A program made the translations under genes and the position numbers. From positions 64,001 through 128,000 of the forward strand of contig CAVVXT010000003.1 of the NCBI GenBank assembly GCA_963752255.1: DNA of 64,000 bases, written 5' to 3'. How positions within the stretch are numbered: position 1 is the stretch's first letter; every line of letters begins with the position of its first letter. The notes under the pieces were generated by a model. It ran no database searches. It was not told the origin of the DNA and saw nothing but the letters and a program-made list of their open reading frames with translations. Origin of the DNA: Nitrososphaeria archaeon (GTDB taxonomy: Archaea > Thermoproteota > Nitrososphaeria > JACIWG01). Below are positions 42,523 through 52,574 of this stretch, one piece after another.

Positions 42523-44043
42523 ATGCCTTTAAAGGTAAAAATACTTGATATTCTTTCTGGGAAAAGAGCTATTATTCTAAACAAGGCTGACGCCGATCAT
42601 ATTGGAGTAGAGCTGCTTGACCGAGTTAAAGTAGTTCATGAGAATAATACCCTTACTGCAATCGCGGAGATAAGCGAGGACCCAAAGCTTGTGCCTCAGG
42701 GGCAAATAGGGTTCTATAAAGAGATCGCTTCAGAGATAGGCGCATTAAATGGTGAACAAGCTGATGTTTCTTTAGCGAAGACTCCTATGTCTGTAACTTA
42801 CATTAGGAAGAAGGTTAAGGGAAAGACTCTTCTTCCCGAAGAAATAGGAAGTATCTTACAGGACGCAGTTGCATTGAACCTGAGTGAATTAGAGATAGCC
42901 GCCTTCCTGCTTGCCCAAGAATTTTATGGGATGAATATGGATGAAGTAGAAGCTTTAACTAAAGGTATGATAAAAACTGGCAACGTTCTTGAACTGCCAG
43001 GTAAGGTCGTCGACAAACATTCTATTGGAGGAGTACCTGGGAATAAGGTATCTTTGCTTATCGTACCTATAATAGCTGCAACAGGATTATACATACCTAA
43101 AACGTCTTCTAGAGCAATAACAAGCCCTTCGGGAACAACTGATACAATGAGTGTTTTAGCTAATGTTGAATTTTCAATCGAAGAATTAAGAAAGATTGTA
43201 ATGAAAGTTGGAGGATCAATTGTTTGGGGTGGTGCGTTAAATTTAGCGCCGACAGACGATATTTTCATTAGAGTTGAGCATCCGCTTAGCATAGATCCTA
43301 AATCACAAATGCTGGCTAGTATTATGTCAAAAAAAGCTGCGGAAGGTATTTCCTGCCTCGTTCTAGACCTACCGACTGGAAAAGGAGCTAAAGTTGAAAC
43401 AGCCGCGCAGGCTAACTCTCTGGCAGCAGATTTTGTAGAGTTAGGTAAACGACTAAGCATAACGGTTAGGTGTGGAATAACATATGGCGGTCAACCTATA
43501 GGACGGGCTATAGGACCCGCGCTAGAAGCAAGTGAAGCACTTAACGCGCTTATAAACCCAGAAGGAGCATCAAAAAGTCTTGTAGGTAAATCAACAGCAT
43601 TAGCGGGAATATTGCTAGAGCTTACAGGATTAGCGGAAAAGGGACAGGGTGAAGGGATGGCAATGGAGATACTTAGAAACGGTAAAGCGTACAAGAAATT
43701 TAAAGAAATAATTGAAGCACAGGGAGGAAATCCGAACATAAAGCCTGAAATGATACCTATAGGAAAAAACTCATATAAGATAATTTCAGAAACCGATGGT
43801 TACGTTACTTATGTCGATAACCAAGTAATAAACGATGTCGCCCGTGCCGTCGGTGCTCCTATGGAAAAAGGTTCAGGAATTATTATTCACGCAAAACAAG
43901 GATACAAAGTTGAGAAAGGGCAAGTTTTAATGGAAATCTTTGCTGAAAGAGCGACAAAGTTGCAGGAGGCTATTTCTATATGTAACAATGAAAAACCCAT
44001 TTTAGTCGAAAGTATGTTGCTGTCAACTTATCCTGTTTTCTAG
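42523..44043 (+). CDS. deoA: AMP phosphorylase
   Basis: N-terminal double-psi barrel, DKHSIGGVPGNK, KTSSRAITSPSGT, ASIMSKK, QPIGRAIGPALEA; start placed at MPLKV. Confidence 0.93.
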   Translation: MPLKVKILDILSGKRAIILNKADADHIGVELLDRVKVVHENNTLTAIAEISEDPKLVPQGQIGFYKEIASEIGALNGEQADVSLAKTPMSVTYIRKKVKGKTLLPEEIGSILQDAVALNLSELEIAAFLLAQEFYGMNMDEVEALTKGMIKTGNVLELPGKVVDKHSIGGVPGNKVSLLIVPIIAATGLYIPKTSSRAITSPSGTTDTMSVLANVEFSIEELRKIVMKVGGSIVWGGALNLAPTDDIFIRVEHPLSIDPKSQMLASIMSKKAAEGISCLVLDLPTGKGAKVETAAQANSLAADFVELGKRLSITVRCGITYGGQPIGRAIGPALEASEALNALINPEGASKSLVGKSTALAGILLELTGLAEKGQGEGMAMEILRNGKAYKKFKEIIEAQGGNPNIKPEMIPIGKNSYKIISETDGYVTYVDNQVINDVARAVGAPMEKGSGIIIHAKQGYKVEKGQVLMEIFAERATKLQEAISICNNEKPILVESMLLSTYPVF

Positions 44044-44103
44044 GAATTAACTAATACTTTAAAAGTTATAAGATTGACAGAGAGAGCGTTGGGGTTGAAC
44101 TAG

Positions 44104-44610
44104 ATGTCTTCGATGGATAGCTTTCTCGAAGCGATATATAACAAGTATAACAAGAATCCTCAAGGTTGGAATGTTGTGGTCAGCAAAGACGAGAAAGGTT
44201 ACCCCACGGTTCTATTTTTCTCAGAAGATGAAATTTGGGAGCTAAAGATGGATAGCATGTACAAACCTAATCCAATATGGGTGGGAAAAAGTTTTAAAAA
44301 TGAAGAAAAAAACAGAAAGATAGAAAACCCAAGCTATGGATTCAGGGGTTTAGAGAACGAACAAGCCAGTCGCTTGCTTAAAGCTATGGCTAGAGAGGAT
44401 GCAGCAAAGGAAATAATAAAGAGTGTCCTAGAAAATGAACCAAAACCTTTAGAAGAAATAAAAGATAGAAAAATGGTACTGCATGGGCCAATTATAAATT
44501 CACCTAGAATACCCATTATTTCCCAAAAGCAAGTAGATCTTGATCTAAAGTTGAGAATTGAATTACAAAAGCTTCTGTTAAATAGAGGAATTGGTTCCAT
44601 GTACGGCTAA
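44104..44610 (+). CDS. Conserved hypothetical protein
   Basis: 168-aa ORF, operonic with the rhomboid gene. Confidence 0.65.
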   Translation: MSSMDSFLEAIYNKYNKNPQGWNVVVSKDEKGYPTVLFFSEDEIWELKMDSMYKPNPIWVGKSFKNEEKNRKIENPSYGFRGLENEQASRLLKAMAREDAAKEIIKSVLENEPKPLEEIKDRKMVLHGPIINSPRIPIISQKQVDLDLKLRIELQKLLLNRGIGSMYG

Positions 44611-44612
44611 TT

Positions 44613-45236
44613 ATGGTCTTCTACATGGAAATTACTCACAGTAAGCCAATTTGGACATATATCATTATTGCTGCATGCGTTGTCATGTTCATTATCCAAC
44701 AAATAACACCTTACAGCTTATGGGCAACCTTAGAATTTTGGCCTGCTTATGTAGCTGTTTTCCCATGGTCTTTTGTTACAGCTATTTTTCTTCACGCTAG
44801 CATAGAACATTTAGTTTTTAACATGATAGCCCTATTGTTTTTTGGTTATACATTAGAGAATGTGCTTGGACGGAAAATTTTTTTAATAATATTCTTTCTT
44901 TCAGGAATAATTGGAAATGTCGGATACCTACTTACTTCTATTACAGGATTAACTGATTTGTACACACCAGCTATCGGAGCATCAGGGGCAATATACGGCA
45001 TAATTGGGACTCTTGTCGTCCTTATTCCTTTAAGAAGCGTTTACTTATATGGTCTTTTTCCGATACCGTTAGTATTCGTTGTAGCATTTTGGTTGTTGTT
45101 GGACATAATCGGACTGTTTGAACCTTCAGGAATAGCTGAAGGGGCGCACTTAGGTGGAATTGTTTTTGGAGCCATCTGTGGCTTCTATATAAGAAAAAGA
45201 ATGTCGGTTATTAGATATTCATACACTGTAGTGTAG
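44613..45236 (+). CDS. Rhomboid intramembrane serine protease
   Basis: FLHASIEHLVFNM, GASGA, AHLGG. Confidence 0.93.
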   Translation: MVFYMEITHSKPIWTYIIIAACVVMFIIQQITPYSLWATLEFWPAYVAVFPWSFVTAIFLHASIEHLVFNMIALLFFGYTLENVLGRKIFLIIFFLSGIIGNVGYLLTSITGLTDLYTPAIGASGAIYGIIGTLVVLIPLRSVYLYGLFPIPLVFVVAFWLLLDIIGLFEPSGIAEGAHLGGIVFGAICGFYIRKRMSVIRYSYTVV

Positions 45237-45845
45237 AGCTGCCGAACTCGTCTGAAGAGATTTTTTCAATAAGCCTTCTATCGGAGGAATACCTATTGCA
45301 ATAACCTTATTTTGTATACTTCCATTTCGAAACATTATCGAACCACTCGCATTGGGAACGACCACTCCCCAAGAATTAATTTCATCTTCTAAACCCAATT
45401 GCTTTGAAAGTATTACCCTTATAGGGTCGTAGTGTGAAACCATAACGATGATTTCTCTACACCTCTCTTGTAGAAAATCGTTAGCACGCCTGCTAATTTC
45501 ATCCCATGATTCAACTCCTTCATACACACCTTCCATGAGTAATGTTTTCCAATTAATTGAATCAACCTTTTTGTTGTTTAAGCAACCAAAAGATCTCTCT
45601 CTGATTCTGTCATCAATCACTACCTTGCATTCTAGTTTTGAAGCTATAATGTCAGCCGTTTCCCTAGCTCTAAGGATAGGGCTCGAATAAATCGCTCCTA
45701 ATCTTAGACCCACCAGTTCTTCGCCTATCACTGAGGCTTGAGCTCTACCTTTCTCTGTTAGTGGATAAGACCCATGGTCGTGACTTATTATACGTTGGAC
45801 ATTGGATGTACTTTCACCATGTCTTATCATTATCAAAACAGACAT
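45219..45845 (-). CDS. Histidine phosphatase / phosphoglycerate mutase family
   Basis: RHGES, SSPILRARETA, RERSFG, SH. Confidence 0.9.
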   Translation of the reverse strand: MSVLIMIRHGESTSNVQRIISHDHGSYPLTEKGRAQASVIGEELVGLRLGAIYSSPILRARETADIIASKLECKVVIDDRIRERSFGCLNNKKVDSINWKTLLMEGVYEGVESWDEISRRANDFLQERCREIIVMVSHYDPIRVILSKQLGLEDEINSWGVVVPNASGSIMFRNGSIQNKVIAIGIPPIEGLLKKSLQTSSAALHYSV

Positions 45846-45866
45846 TCAGTTATCACTTCTTTTAAC

Positions 45867-46478
45867 TTACACTAAGAAGAATCCGACCAGAACCGTAGCA
45901 AATGGGACGGAAATGTTATCATCCAACCAGGGCTGGTACTCTGCTAAAGTCGCAACTGTTGCAAGTAGTATTCCCTTTAAACCTAAAAATAGGTATCCTA
46001 TTAGGACACATGTTAAAACCATCGCCAGTGTTCCACTCCAATGCTTACCTCTTTTCTTAAGAAACCTTGATCGTACTATGCCGGTTATGGAGTCGCCTAC
46101 TGCCATAAAAAGCATTGCTGTACCAGCCAAAATTCTGGTGGTTGGTGGCCAAAGGAGTAAGCCTAACACAGCGAAGCTAAAACAAAAGAAGACCTCGCCG
46201 AAATTGTTCTTCTCCTGGAACCATTTAAGCTCCATTGATCTAAAGTGTGGAACCGCCAAGAAAAGGACAAAAAGTGTGCCGAACAAAGAAAAGACGTACG
46301 GTTCCTTAAATAGATACATATAAGACAGTACAGCAGGTGTTACTGAAAGGTGTATTAACTTTCTGTTCACCCAAATGTTTTTGAACCTTCTCGTCAAAAT
46401 GACGGTTGATAGAATCAGGATAAAAAGTAGAAAAGCCAATAAGGAGTCTGTAAAGAACTCCATAAAAATTTCATTCAT
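45867..46478 (-). CDS. Dolichol/phytol kinase-like membrane kinase
   Basis: RKLIH, GDSITGIV, KHWSG, DDNISVP. Confidence 0.85.
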   Translation of the reverse strand: MNEIFMEFFTDSLLAFLLFILILSTVILTRRFKNIWVNRKLIHLSVTPAVLSYMYLFKEPYVFSLFGTLFVLFLAVPHFRSMELKWFQEKNNFGEVFFCFSFAVLGLLLWPPTTRILAGTAMLFMAVGDSITGIVRSRFLKKRGKHWSGTLAMVLTCVLIGYLFLGLKGILLATVATLAEYQPWLDDNISVPFATVLVGFFLV

Positions 46479-46627
46479 ACTTAGTAATTTAAAAATTTTC
46501 TTTATAATGTTTGCTAAAAAAAGGGTTATAGGGAAAAATTTAAAGATAATAAGTAGATAAAAGGTGCTCTTTATAAGAAGATTTAATAACTATTAAATTC
46601 ACAGTTGCAATTCATATTAATAGTGAT

Positions 46628-47191
46628 TTGATGGAAAAAATTACATATTTTGGGAATGCTGGGAAATGGACAGGAAAAGTTTTTGAGGTTTCAAAGGAAT
46701 ATGCCGAAAAATCTGGTATAAAGGATGTTGTTGTTGCTTCAACCTCAGGAGAAACAGGAGCAAAAGCGTCTGTTTTTTTCAAGGGGTATAACTTGGTAGT
46801 GGTAACTCATGCAGCTGGTTTTAAAGGGCTAGGTAAAAATGAACTCACCGAAAAAAATAGGAAAATTATTGAAAGAAATGGCGGTAAGATTCTGACAGCA
46901 ACTCATGCATTAAGTAGTGCGGAACGGGCTTTTAAAAAGAAGCTTGGCACAGTTGGCACTTTAGAGATTATGGCGAATACCCTTAGGGTCTTTGGACAAG
47001 GAGCTAAGGTTTGTATAGAAATAGCAGTGATGGCAGCAGATGCAGGACTTATTCCCGTTGACAGAGATATAATATGCATTGGTGGTACAGGGAAAGCCGC
47101 TGACACAGCTTTATTGATTAAGGCAGCGAATTCGTCTGATTTCTTTGATCTAAAGGTAAGGAAGGTTCTTTGCAAGCCTTCGGACTTTTAA
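46628..47191 (+). CDS. Pyruvate-kinase C-terminal-like alpha/beta domain protein
   Basis: VVASTSGETG, VTH, THALS, FGQGAKVCIEIAVMAADAG. Confidence 0.85.
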   Translation: MMEKITYFGNAGKWTGKVFEVSKEYAEKSGIKDVVVASTSGETGAKASVFFKGYNLVVVTHAAGFKGLGKNELTEKNRKIIERNGGKILTATHALSSAERAFKKKLGTVGTLEIMANTLRVFGQGAKVCIEIAVMAADAGLIPVDRDIICIGGTGKAADTALLIKAANSSDFFDLKVRKVLCKPSDF

Positions 47192-47238
47192 AAAAGACTT
47201 ATTTTTGATAGATATTTACCTACGACGATGAATAGAAG

Positions 47239-48036
47239 ATGTTTAAAGGGGTCCATGGCGTATTTTTGGATCTAGATGGTTGCATGTATAGAGGTAAAAC
47301 GCTTGTTCCGAACGCTGACAAGACAGTTGCATTATTAAAAGAACGAGGGTATAAGATACTTTATGTGACAAATAACGCTTCTAGGACGCAAAAGGAATAT
47401 GTAGATCACTTGAGGAGAATGGGTTTACCTGCGGAAGAAAAAGAGTTTTACACATCAGCTATGGCAACAACTTCCTATTTGACAAAGATGTACGGATCAG
47501 GCCGGCGTGTATTCGTTGTAGGCACAGAGGCTTTGAAGAGTGAATTAAGAGAAAAAAATTTTGTTATAGTGAACGAAGATGATGCCAAGAAAGCCGAATT
47601 CGTTGTTCTTTGCCTAGATTTGGATACAACTTACAAACGCTTGACAGCAGCCTGTTATGCGTTACAGAATGGAGCGCGGTTCATTGCGACAAATCTAGAT
47701 ATGGTTCTGCCGGTTGAAGACGGATATTGGCCAGGTGCAGGAGCAATTTCAGCGGCAATTACTGCGGCTACAAAAGTTAAACCCTTTTTGATAGGGAAAC
47801 CTTCAAAAATAATAATCCAAATGGCCCTAAAATACTGTGGATTAAACAAAAACGAAGTCCTTATCGTTGGTGACAAGTTTGAGACAGATATCAGGGTCGC
47901 GAACAAGCTCAAAATGAAGTCAGTACTTGTTCTCACAGGTGTGACTAAAATGGAGCAGCTTGAAAGGATACCGAAGAGGCTTCACCCAAGTGTAATATTA
48001 GATAGTGTTAACGATCTTCCTAAAGTTCTTCCTTGA
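47239..48036 (+). CDS. HAD-IIA (NagD-like) phosphatase
   Basis: DLDG, VTNN, IATNLD, GKP, VGDKFETD. Confidence 0.9.
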   Translation: MFKGVHGVFLDLDGCMYRGKTLVPNADKTVALLKERGYKILYVTNNASRTQKEYVDHLRRMGLPAEEKEFYTSAMATTSYLTKMYGSGRRVFVVGTEALKSELREKNFVIVNEDDAKKAEFVVLCLDLDTTYKRLTAACYALQNGARFIATNLDMVLPVEDGYWPGAGAISAAITAATKVKPFLIGKPSKIIIQMALKYCGLNKNEVLIVGDKFETDIRVANKLKMKSVLVLTGVTKMEQLERIPKRLHPSVILDSVNDLPKVLP

Positions 48037-48122
48037 CTAAAGATCTATCGATTGGGCGAGACATGTGTCTCCTATGGTAACTCCTGATAAAATAAATAAA
48101 TTAGAAAAGAGTTAGGCCCGAT

Positions 48123-48617
48123 TTACAAGCTTATTCTAACCTTATTTTCTAGGTCACTGTTGAATATATCTTCTTTTACAGTATTCTTTCTAGAAATAAT
48201 CAAGAAAGTAGCTTGTTCTGTTAATGGAATAGGAGGCACATGCCATGTTCCTTCATTCATCACTATAGCTTTAGTTCCGTCAAATATGAATGCCTCCAAT
48301 TTGTTCATTTCTGGTTTTGCTTTTGGATCTCCTAACCTATTTGGTGGCGCAAAAGGAAAGATGCTATACCCTTCAAGTGGAACAAATATTTCTGACGTCT
48401 TTACATGCCGCTCCATGCTTGTGAACTCAAAAGGCTTCCTTTTACATAGAAGAAAACTTGCCGCTCTTTCTTCAATTGGAAGATGAACAACTTCATCCCA
48501 GTAATCTAGGGCAGGTGTTGATGCACTCGGTTTTGTTTTCGGTAAGCCGATAATCGTACCAAATGGGCTGAATCCTTTATCTGTTAATAATTTTGCTTTA
48601 ACTTCCACGTATTTCAT
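48123..48617 (-). CDS. Ureidoglycolate lyase (AllA)-family cupin
   Basis: FSPFG, MERHVKTSEIFVP, GTWH; start placed at MKYVEV. Confidence 0.8.
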   Translation of the reverse strand: MKYVEVKAKLLTDKGFSPFGTIIGLPKTKPSASTPALDYWDEVVHLPIEERAASFLLCKRKPFEFTSMERHVKTSEIFVPLEGYSIFPFAPPNRLGDPKAKPEMNKLEAFIFDGTKAIVMNEGTWHVPPIPLTEQATFLIISRKNTVKEDIFNSDLENKVRISL

Positions 48618-48732
48618 ACCATCATTATAATATGCCCTGCAATGATTTATAATGATTTTTCTTAAACGAGGACTTTTTTTCATAATGTCCTCTAATATTT
48701 TTAATATCTATTTTCTTTGAATATTGTTTCAA

Positions 48733-49443
48733 CTAATAGCCGTGAAAGCTTTCTTTTTTAATTTTCGTTGAATCTACGTTCAATTTTATAAGCAGATCTT
48801 CCATGGCATTCACCATCATAGGTGGGCCACATATGTAAAATACCCTATTTAGGTAATCTGGGACTTCTTTATTAACCATTTCACCAGTTATTACACCTTT
48901 GTAACCGACCCATTTTTCTTGAGGTTCGTCTAGAGTTAAGATAACCTTCAAATTCGGGTTCTTCTGCTGCATTTCTTCTAATTCTTCTCTGAAAGCTATA
49001 TCAGCTTCTGTGTGGTTTCCGTAGATAAGCGTGATTTTGGTTGCAAGTTTAAGATCTGAGCAGTATCTGCATATACTTCTCAGAGGTGTAATTCCAATCC
49101 CTCCTGACAGTAAAACAATGCCATCATACTGACCTTCGAAAATGAAATTTCCGTATGACGCATCTATTTTAACCCGGTCGCCAACCTCTAAAGAGTCTAA
49201 AGCGTTCGAGAATTCGTGCCCTGTCAACTTCTTCGTGAACTCTATAAATTCCTTTTCAGTTGGACTACTCGAGATCGAAAAAGGCTTTTTAGCTTCTTCC
49301 CCTTGAATTTTTAATGTTAACAACATAAACTGACCAGCCTTATAATTAAAAGATTGAGGCCTGTTAAACCTAAAACTCTTAACATTATTTGTTCTTTTAA
49401 TGATTTCTTTAACTTCTGTCTCAAACATCATTATACTCACCAT
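48733..49443 (-). CDS. FAD/NAD(P)-binding oxidoreductase (FNR-like)
   Basis: YKAGQF, PFSISS, GGIGITP, YICGPP, ESF. Confidence 0.9.
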   Translation of the reverse strand: MVSIMMFETEVKEIIKRTNNVKSFRFNRPQSFNYKAGQFMLLTLKIQGEEAKKPFSISSSPTEKEFIEFTKKLTGHEFSNALDSLEVGDRVKIDASYGNFIFEGQYDGIVLLSGGIGITPLRSICRYCSDLKLATKITLIYGNHTEADIAFREELEEMQQKNPNLKVILTLDEPQEKWVGYKGVITGEMVNKEVPDYLNRVFYICGPPMMVNAMEDLLIKLNVDSTKIKKESFHGY

Positions 49444-49540
49444 CTTATTTTACTAATTTAATAGAGTTTCCGGTAGACTGTGAATAACTTTTTTGAATTA
49501 TGAAGAATTTATAAGTCTCTATTTATTGATATTATAACAT

Positions 49541-49906
49541 ATGACTGTTTTGCAAACTAAACGTTTAAGGTACGGTGAATACGCTATTTTTTTGATTATA
49601 TTAATTCTAGGCCTGTCTGGAATCCTTTATTTCGGAGGCGTGATAAAATATGGTATCGAATTCTATGTGAGCTTATTACTAGCAGCTGTAGGCGTCTATA
49701 CCGTCGCCTTTGATTTATATTATTTGAAATTTATGCGTAGGTACGTAAGAAACTATATGTTCCTTTGGGGTTATATCTTAGCTTCAATAGGTTTCGCGCT
49801 GTTCTTCGATTTATTTAATCATAATCTATTTCTAAATATTAGCATAGCTGTATTAATAGGCGCCTTGCTTGGGTTTGCCAGTATAAGATATATTGGAAAA
49901 CAATGA
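49541..49906 (+). CDS. Hypothetical 4-TM membrane protein
   Basis: 121 aa with four hydrophobic segments. Confidence 0.6.
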   Translation: MTVLQTKRLRYGEYAIFLIILILGLSGILYFGGVIKYGIEFYVSLLLAAVGVYTVAFDLYYLKFMRRYVRNYMFLWGYILASIGFALFFDLFNHNLFLNISIAVLIGALLGFASIRYIGKQ

Positions 49907-50010
49907 CTAATCAATATTAGTCGAACTACTACTACGTTATTAGAATATTTTATATTTTATTGATACTATCCTTATAAGTATACTGTTTATATTTTTAAGT
50001 TAGGATAAAA

Positions 50011-50523
50011 ATGTCAGACGTTTATGAAAAAATTAAAGGGGAACAGGGATTAGCTGAAAAGGTAATGTCAAACATACCCGGGTACCATGGATACAAAGAG
50101 AAAGAACTCCGGAGAGAAACCGATAAATCAGTCAGAGAATTTTCTGCTCAGAAGCTGAAAGAAGCAAAGATCGCTCTCGATGTAGCAGTCAGAGAAGTTT
50201 CAGATTCAGGAAATGTCGGTGCGTTTCAATACGCCAACCGCGCAATGGCTGTACTATATAGAGTGACAAACAAAATCGAGCACGCTGATTACGGTTATTC
50301 CGGCTTCTTCGACGCCATCAAGGTAAGAGAGGATAAGTTGGATAAGCTGATCGAATTCGACTATGCTCTAATTGACCTTTGCAAGTCAATGCAGGAAACA
50401 GCAACTACTGTAGCAGGTCAGCCTGACATAGATAAAGCGTTCGACGATTTTAGAAAAAAGCTACTTGAAGTAGAATCTAAACTTAATAATAGGGAAAGGG
50501 TTATTTTCCAGTTGAGTAAGTGA
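50011..50523 (+). CDS. Conserved hypothetical helical protein
   Basis: IPGYHGYKEKELRRETD...HADYGYSGFFDAIKV. Confidence 0.75.
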   Translation: MSDVYEKIKGEQGLAEKVMSNIPGYHGYKEKELRRETDKSVREFSAQKLKEAKIALDVAVREVSDSGNVGAFQYANRAMAVLYRVTNKIEHADYGYSGFFDAIKVREDKLDKLIEFDYALIDLCKSMQETATTVAGQPDIDKAFDDFRKKLLEVESKLNNRERVIFQLSK

Positions 50524-50558
50524 TGCCGCAAGTTATTGAATGGTCAACAGAATTTTAG
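50523..50558 (+). pseudogene. Possible 5' stub of an SPFH-domain gene
   Basis: TGATG coupling to the upstream gene; MPQVIEWSTEF* resembles the start of archaeal SPFH proteins. Confidence 0.35.
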
Positions 50559-50653
50559 TCTTTTATTTTTGTTCATATATATGAACAATTATTTAGGAAA
50601 TTTTTTATTAAAGTGATTAAGGTGCAGCACAAATTTATTATTAACAACTATCT

Positions 50654-50679
50654 TATCAAGCTTGATATCAAAGTTGATA
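50654..50679. promoter_or_regulatory. Nested palindrome, copy 1
   Basis: TATCAAGCTTGATATCAAAGTTGATA, ~200 bp upstream of the sugar-acid dehydratase. Confidence 0.75.
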
Positions 50680-50876
50680 TTCTCAAAGGAAAATCTGTAA
50701 ATAGGTATTCTGTAGAGAAGGCTATAAAATTGACTTAAGATAAGTATTGTTCAATCAAAAGTACATTAGATAAGGAAATTATCATATGAACTAGGTGAAT
50801 AACCGAATAGATCGAGACACATTAACTTTCTCCCAAGTTAAAGGATATATAAGTGACGATTTCAAACATTTAGTAA

Positions 50877-52052
50877 GTGTCATATTTGAAAATAGCAGAA
50901 GTTAAAGCTCTAATTTCCAAACCTCCACGTTCTTTTGTTTTTGCTAAAGTAACGACAAATGATGGAATCGTGGGTTACGGTGAAGCAGCATCGGATGGTG
51001 CGCCAGTAGTACACGCGGAGAGCATTAACACTCTAGGAAAAACTATAATTGGTATGGATCCTTTCAACACTGAACTAGCCTATTATACTATGGACAATGC
51101 CTTCTTTGGATGGAATCCGGAAGCAACCATGCGCGCGACAGGCGCAATAGACGAAGCCCTATTTGATATCAAAGGTAAAGCGTTGAAGACACCAGTCTAT
51201 AACCTGCTCGGCGGAAAATTTCGGGATAAAGTAAAATTATACTGTCATATCGTTCTAAGGCCAGGAGAGAAAGCTACTCCTGAAACTGTTGCAGAGGGCG
51301 CTGTGCGCCAAGTTAAACTCGGTTTTAGAGCAGTCAAGTTCGATCCTTTTACAACAGTCATGCGAAGTGATATGAATGAAAAGGAGATAGGTTTCGTTTC
51401 AATACCTCAGGGAATGAATTTTTCCCATGAGCTGACGCTTAAAACTCTTGAAATGGTGAAGTCGGTTAGAGACGCCATTGGACCTAAGGTCGATCTGATG
51501 CTAGATATTCACGGTAGATTCGATGTTGAATCAGCGATAAGAATAGGGAAAAAACTTGAACCATTTGACCTTCTCTTCTACGAAGAGCCTATTCCACCAA
51601 CTAACGATGAGCTTCTCGCCTATGTACGTAAAAGGGTAGATGTACCAATCTGTGTAGGTGAGAGAAGGTATACGTTGGAAAGTTTTAGAAGATTATTTGC
51701 ACTTGATGCAGCGGATATAATTATGCCAGACCACTCTAGGAATGGTGGCATAACGTGGGTGAAGAAGATAGCGGACATGGCTCAAACTTATTTTGTTCCG
51801 GTCGCACCTCATGTTGTCTTCTCTAGCCCTCTAAACGCTGTAATCAGTGCTCAGAACATGGTTTCTATACCAAACTTCCTAATTCACGAATCCATGGGTC
51901 CTCAAAGACTTGAACTCTACAAAGATGTTTTAAAGCCAAACGTGTTACCTGAAGATGGTTACATTAAAATTTCAGACAGACCTGGTCTAGGCGTTGAACT
52001 GAATGAAGAGAGCCTTGAAATCGAATATGATGAGAGCCTGATTGGATTATAA
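50877..52052 (+). CDS. Mandelate racemase/enolase-superfamily sugar-acid dehydratase (galactonate/gluconate dehydratase-like)
   Basis: GYGEA, ALFDIKGK, PVYNLLGG, KFDP, LDIHGRF, YEEP, GER, APH. Confidence 0.88.
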   Translation: MSYLKIAEVKALISKPPRSFVFAKVTTNDGIVGYGEAASDGAPVVHAESINTLGKTIIGMDPFNTELAYYTMDNAFFGWNPEATMRATGAIDEALFDIKGKALKTPVYNLLGGKFRDKVKLYCHIVLRPGEKATPETVAEGAVRQVKLGFRAVKFDPFTTVMRSDMNEKEIGFVSIPQGMNFSHELTLKTLEMVKSVRDAIGPKVDLMLDIHGRFDVESAIRIGKKLEPFDLLFYEEPIPPTNDELLAYVRKRVDVPICVGERRYTLESFRRLFALDAADIIMPDHSRNGGITWVKKIADMAQTYFVPVAPHVVFSSPLNAVISAQNMVSIPNFLIHESMGPQRLELYKDVLKPNVLPEDGYIKISDRPGLGVELNEESLEIEYDESLIGL

Positions 52053-52574
52053 TCTCATCCTCCCATTTTGTACCCCTTTGGAAGCCCTATTGTAACGTTT
52101 TAATCCATTTATTCTGAGGACTGAATATAATTTTTTAAGATCAACATTAGTTTTTGCAGTAATATCTTTTATTGACGCGCCTTCTTTATACAACTTGATT
52201 GCCGTGTTTAACGATTTAATACTGTCTTCTCTGCTCCTTTTAACAAATTTTAACTTCCAATTAAGAAAACAATTTTTAAATTTTTCAAAGTCCTTAGACT
52301 TGGCCAGTGGAGGATTAATGGAGAAGAAATCGATAATCGACTTTAACTCATCATATTTTGTCACAGAATAGACGTAAATTGCATGGTGTGTGACCCTTTT
52401 TGGTTTAAGGACAGAAATCTTTCCAACCCCGAAAAAAGCCTGAATCCTTCTGATTATAATATTGTTCTTGCTTGTCACAAAAAATTTAGGATAGTAATGG
52501 TTATGCGACAATATTATAGAGAAATTACCTTGACCATCGACAAATCCGACAACATAGTCTGGAGAGATGCCCAT
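52047..52574 (-). CDS. Free-standing single-motif LAGLIDADG protein with C-terminal HTH, probably nuclease-inactive
   Basis: PDYVVGFVDGQGNF, IQAFFGVGKI, IIDFF, KSKDFEKF; tail AIKLYKEGASIKDITAKTNVDLKKLYSVLR. Confidence 0.8.
   Translation of the reverse strand: MGISPDYVVGFVDGQGNFSIILSHNHYYPKFFVTSKNNIIIRRIQAFFGVGKISVLKPKRVTHHAIYVYSVTKYDELKSIIDFFSINPPLAKSKDFEKFKNCFLNWKLKFVKRSREDSIKSLNTAIKLYKEGASIKDITAKTNVDLKKLYSVLRINGLKRYNRASKGVQNGRMRL

Noticed and set aside
51162-51173. TTTGATATCAAA palindrome resembling the operator core
   Set aside because: It lies inside the conserved coding motif LFDIK and lacks the outer arms
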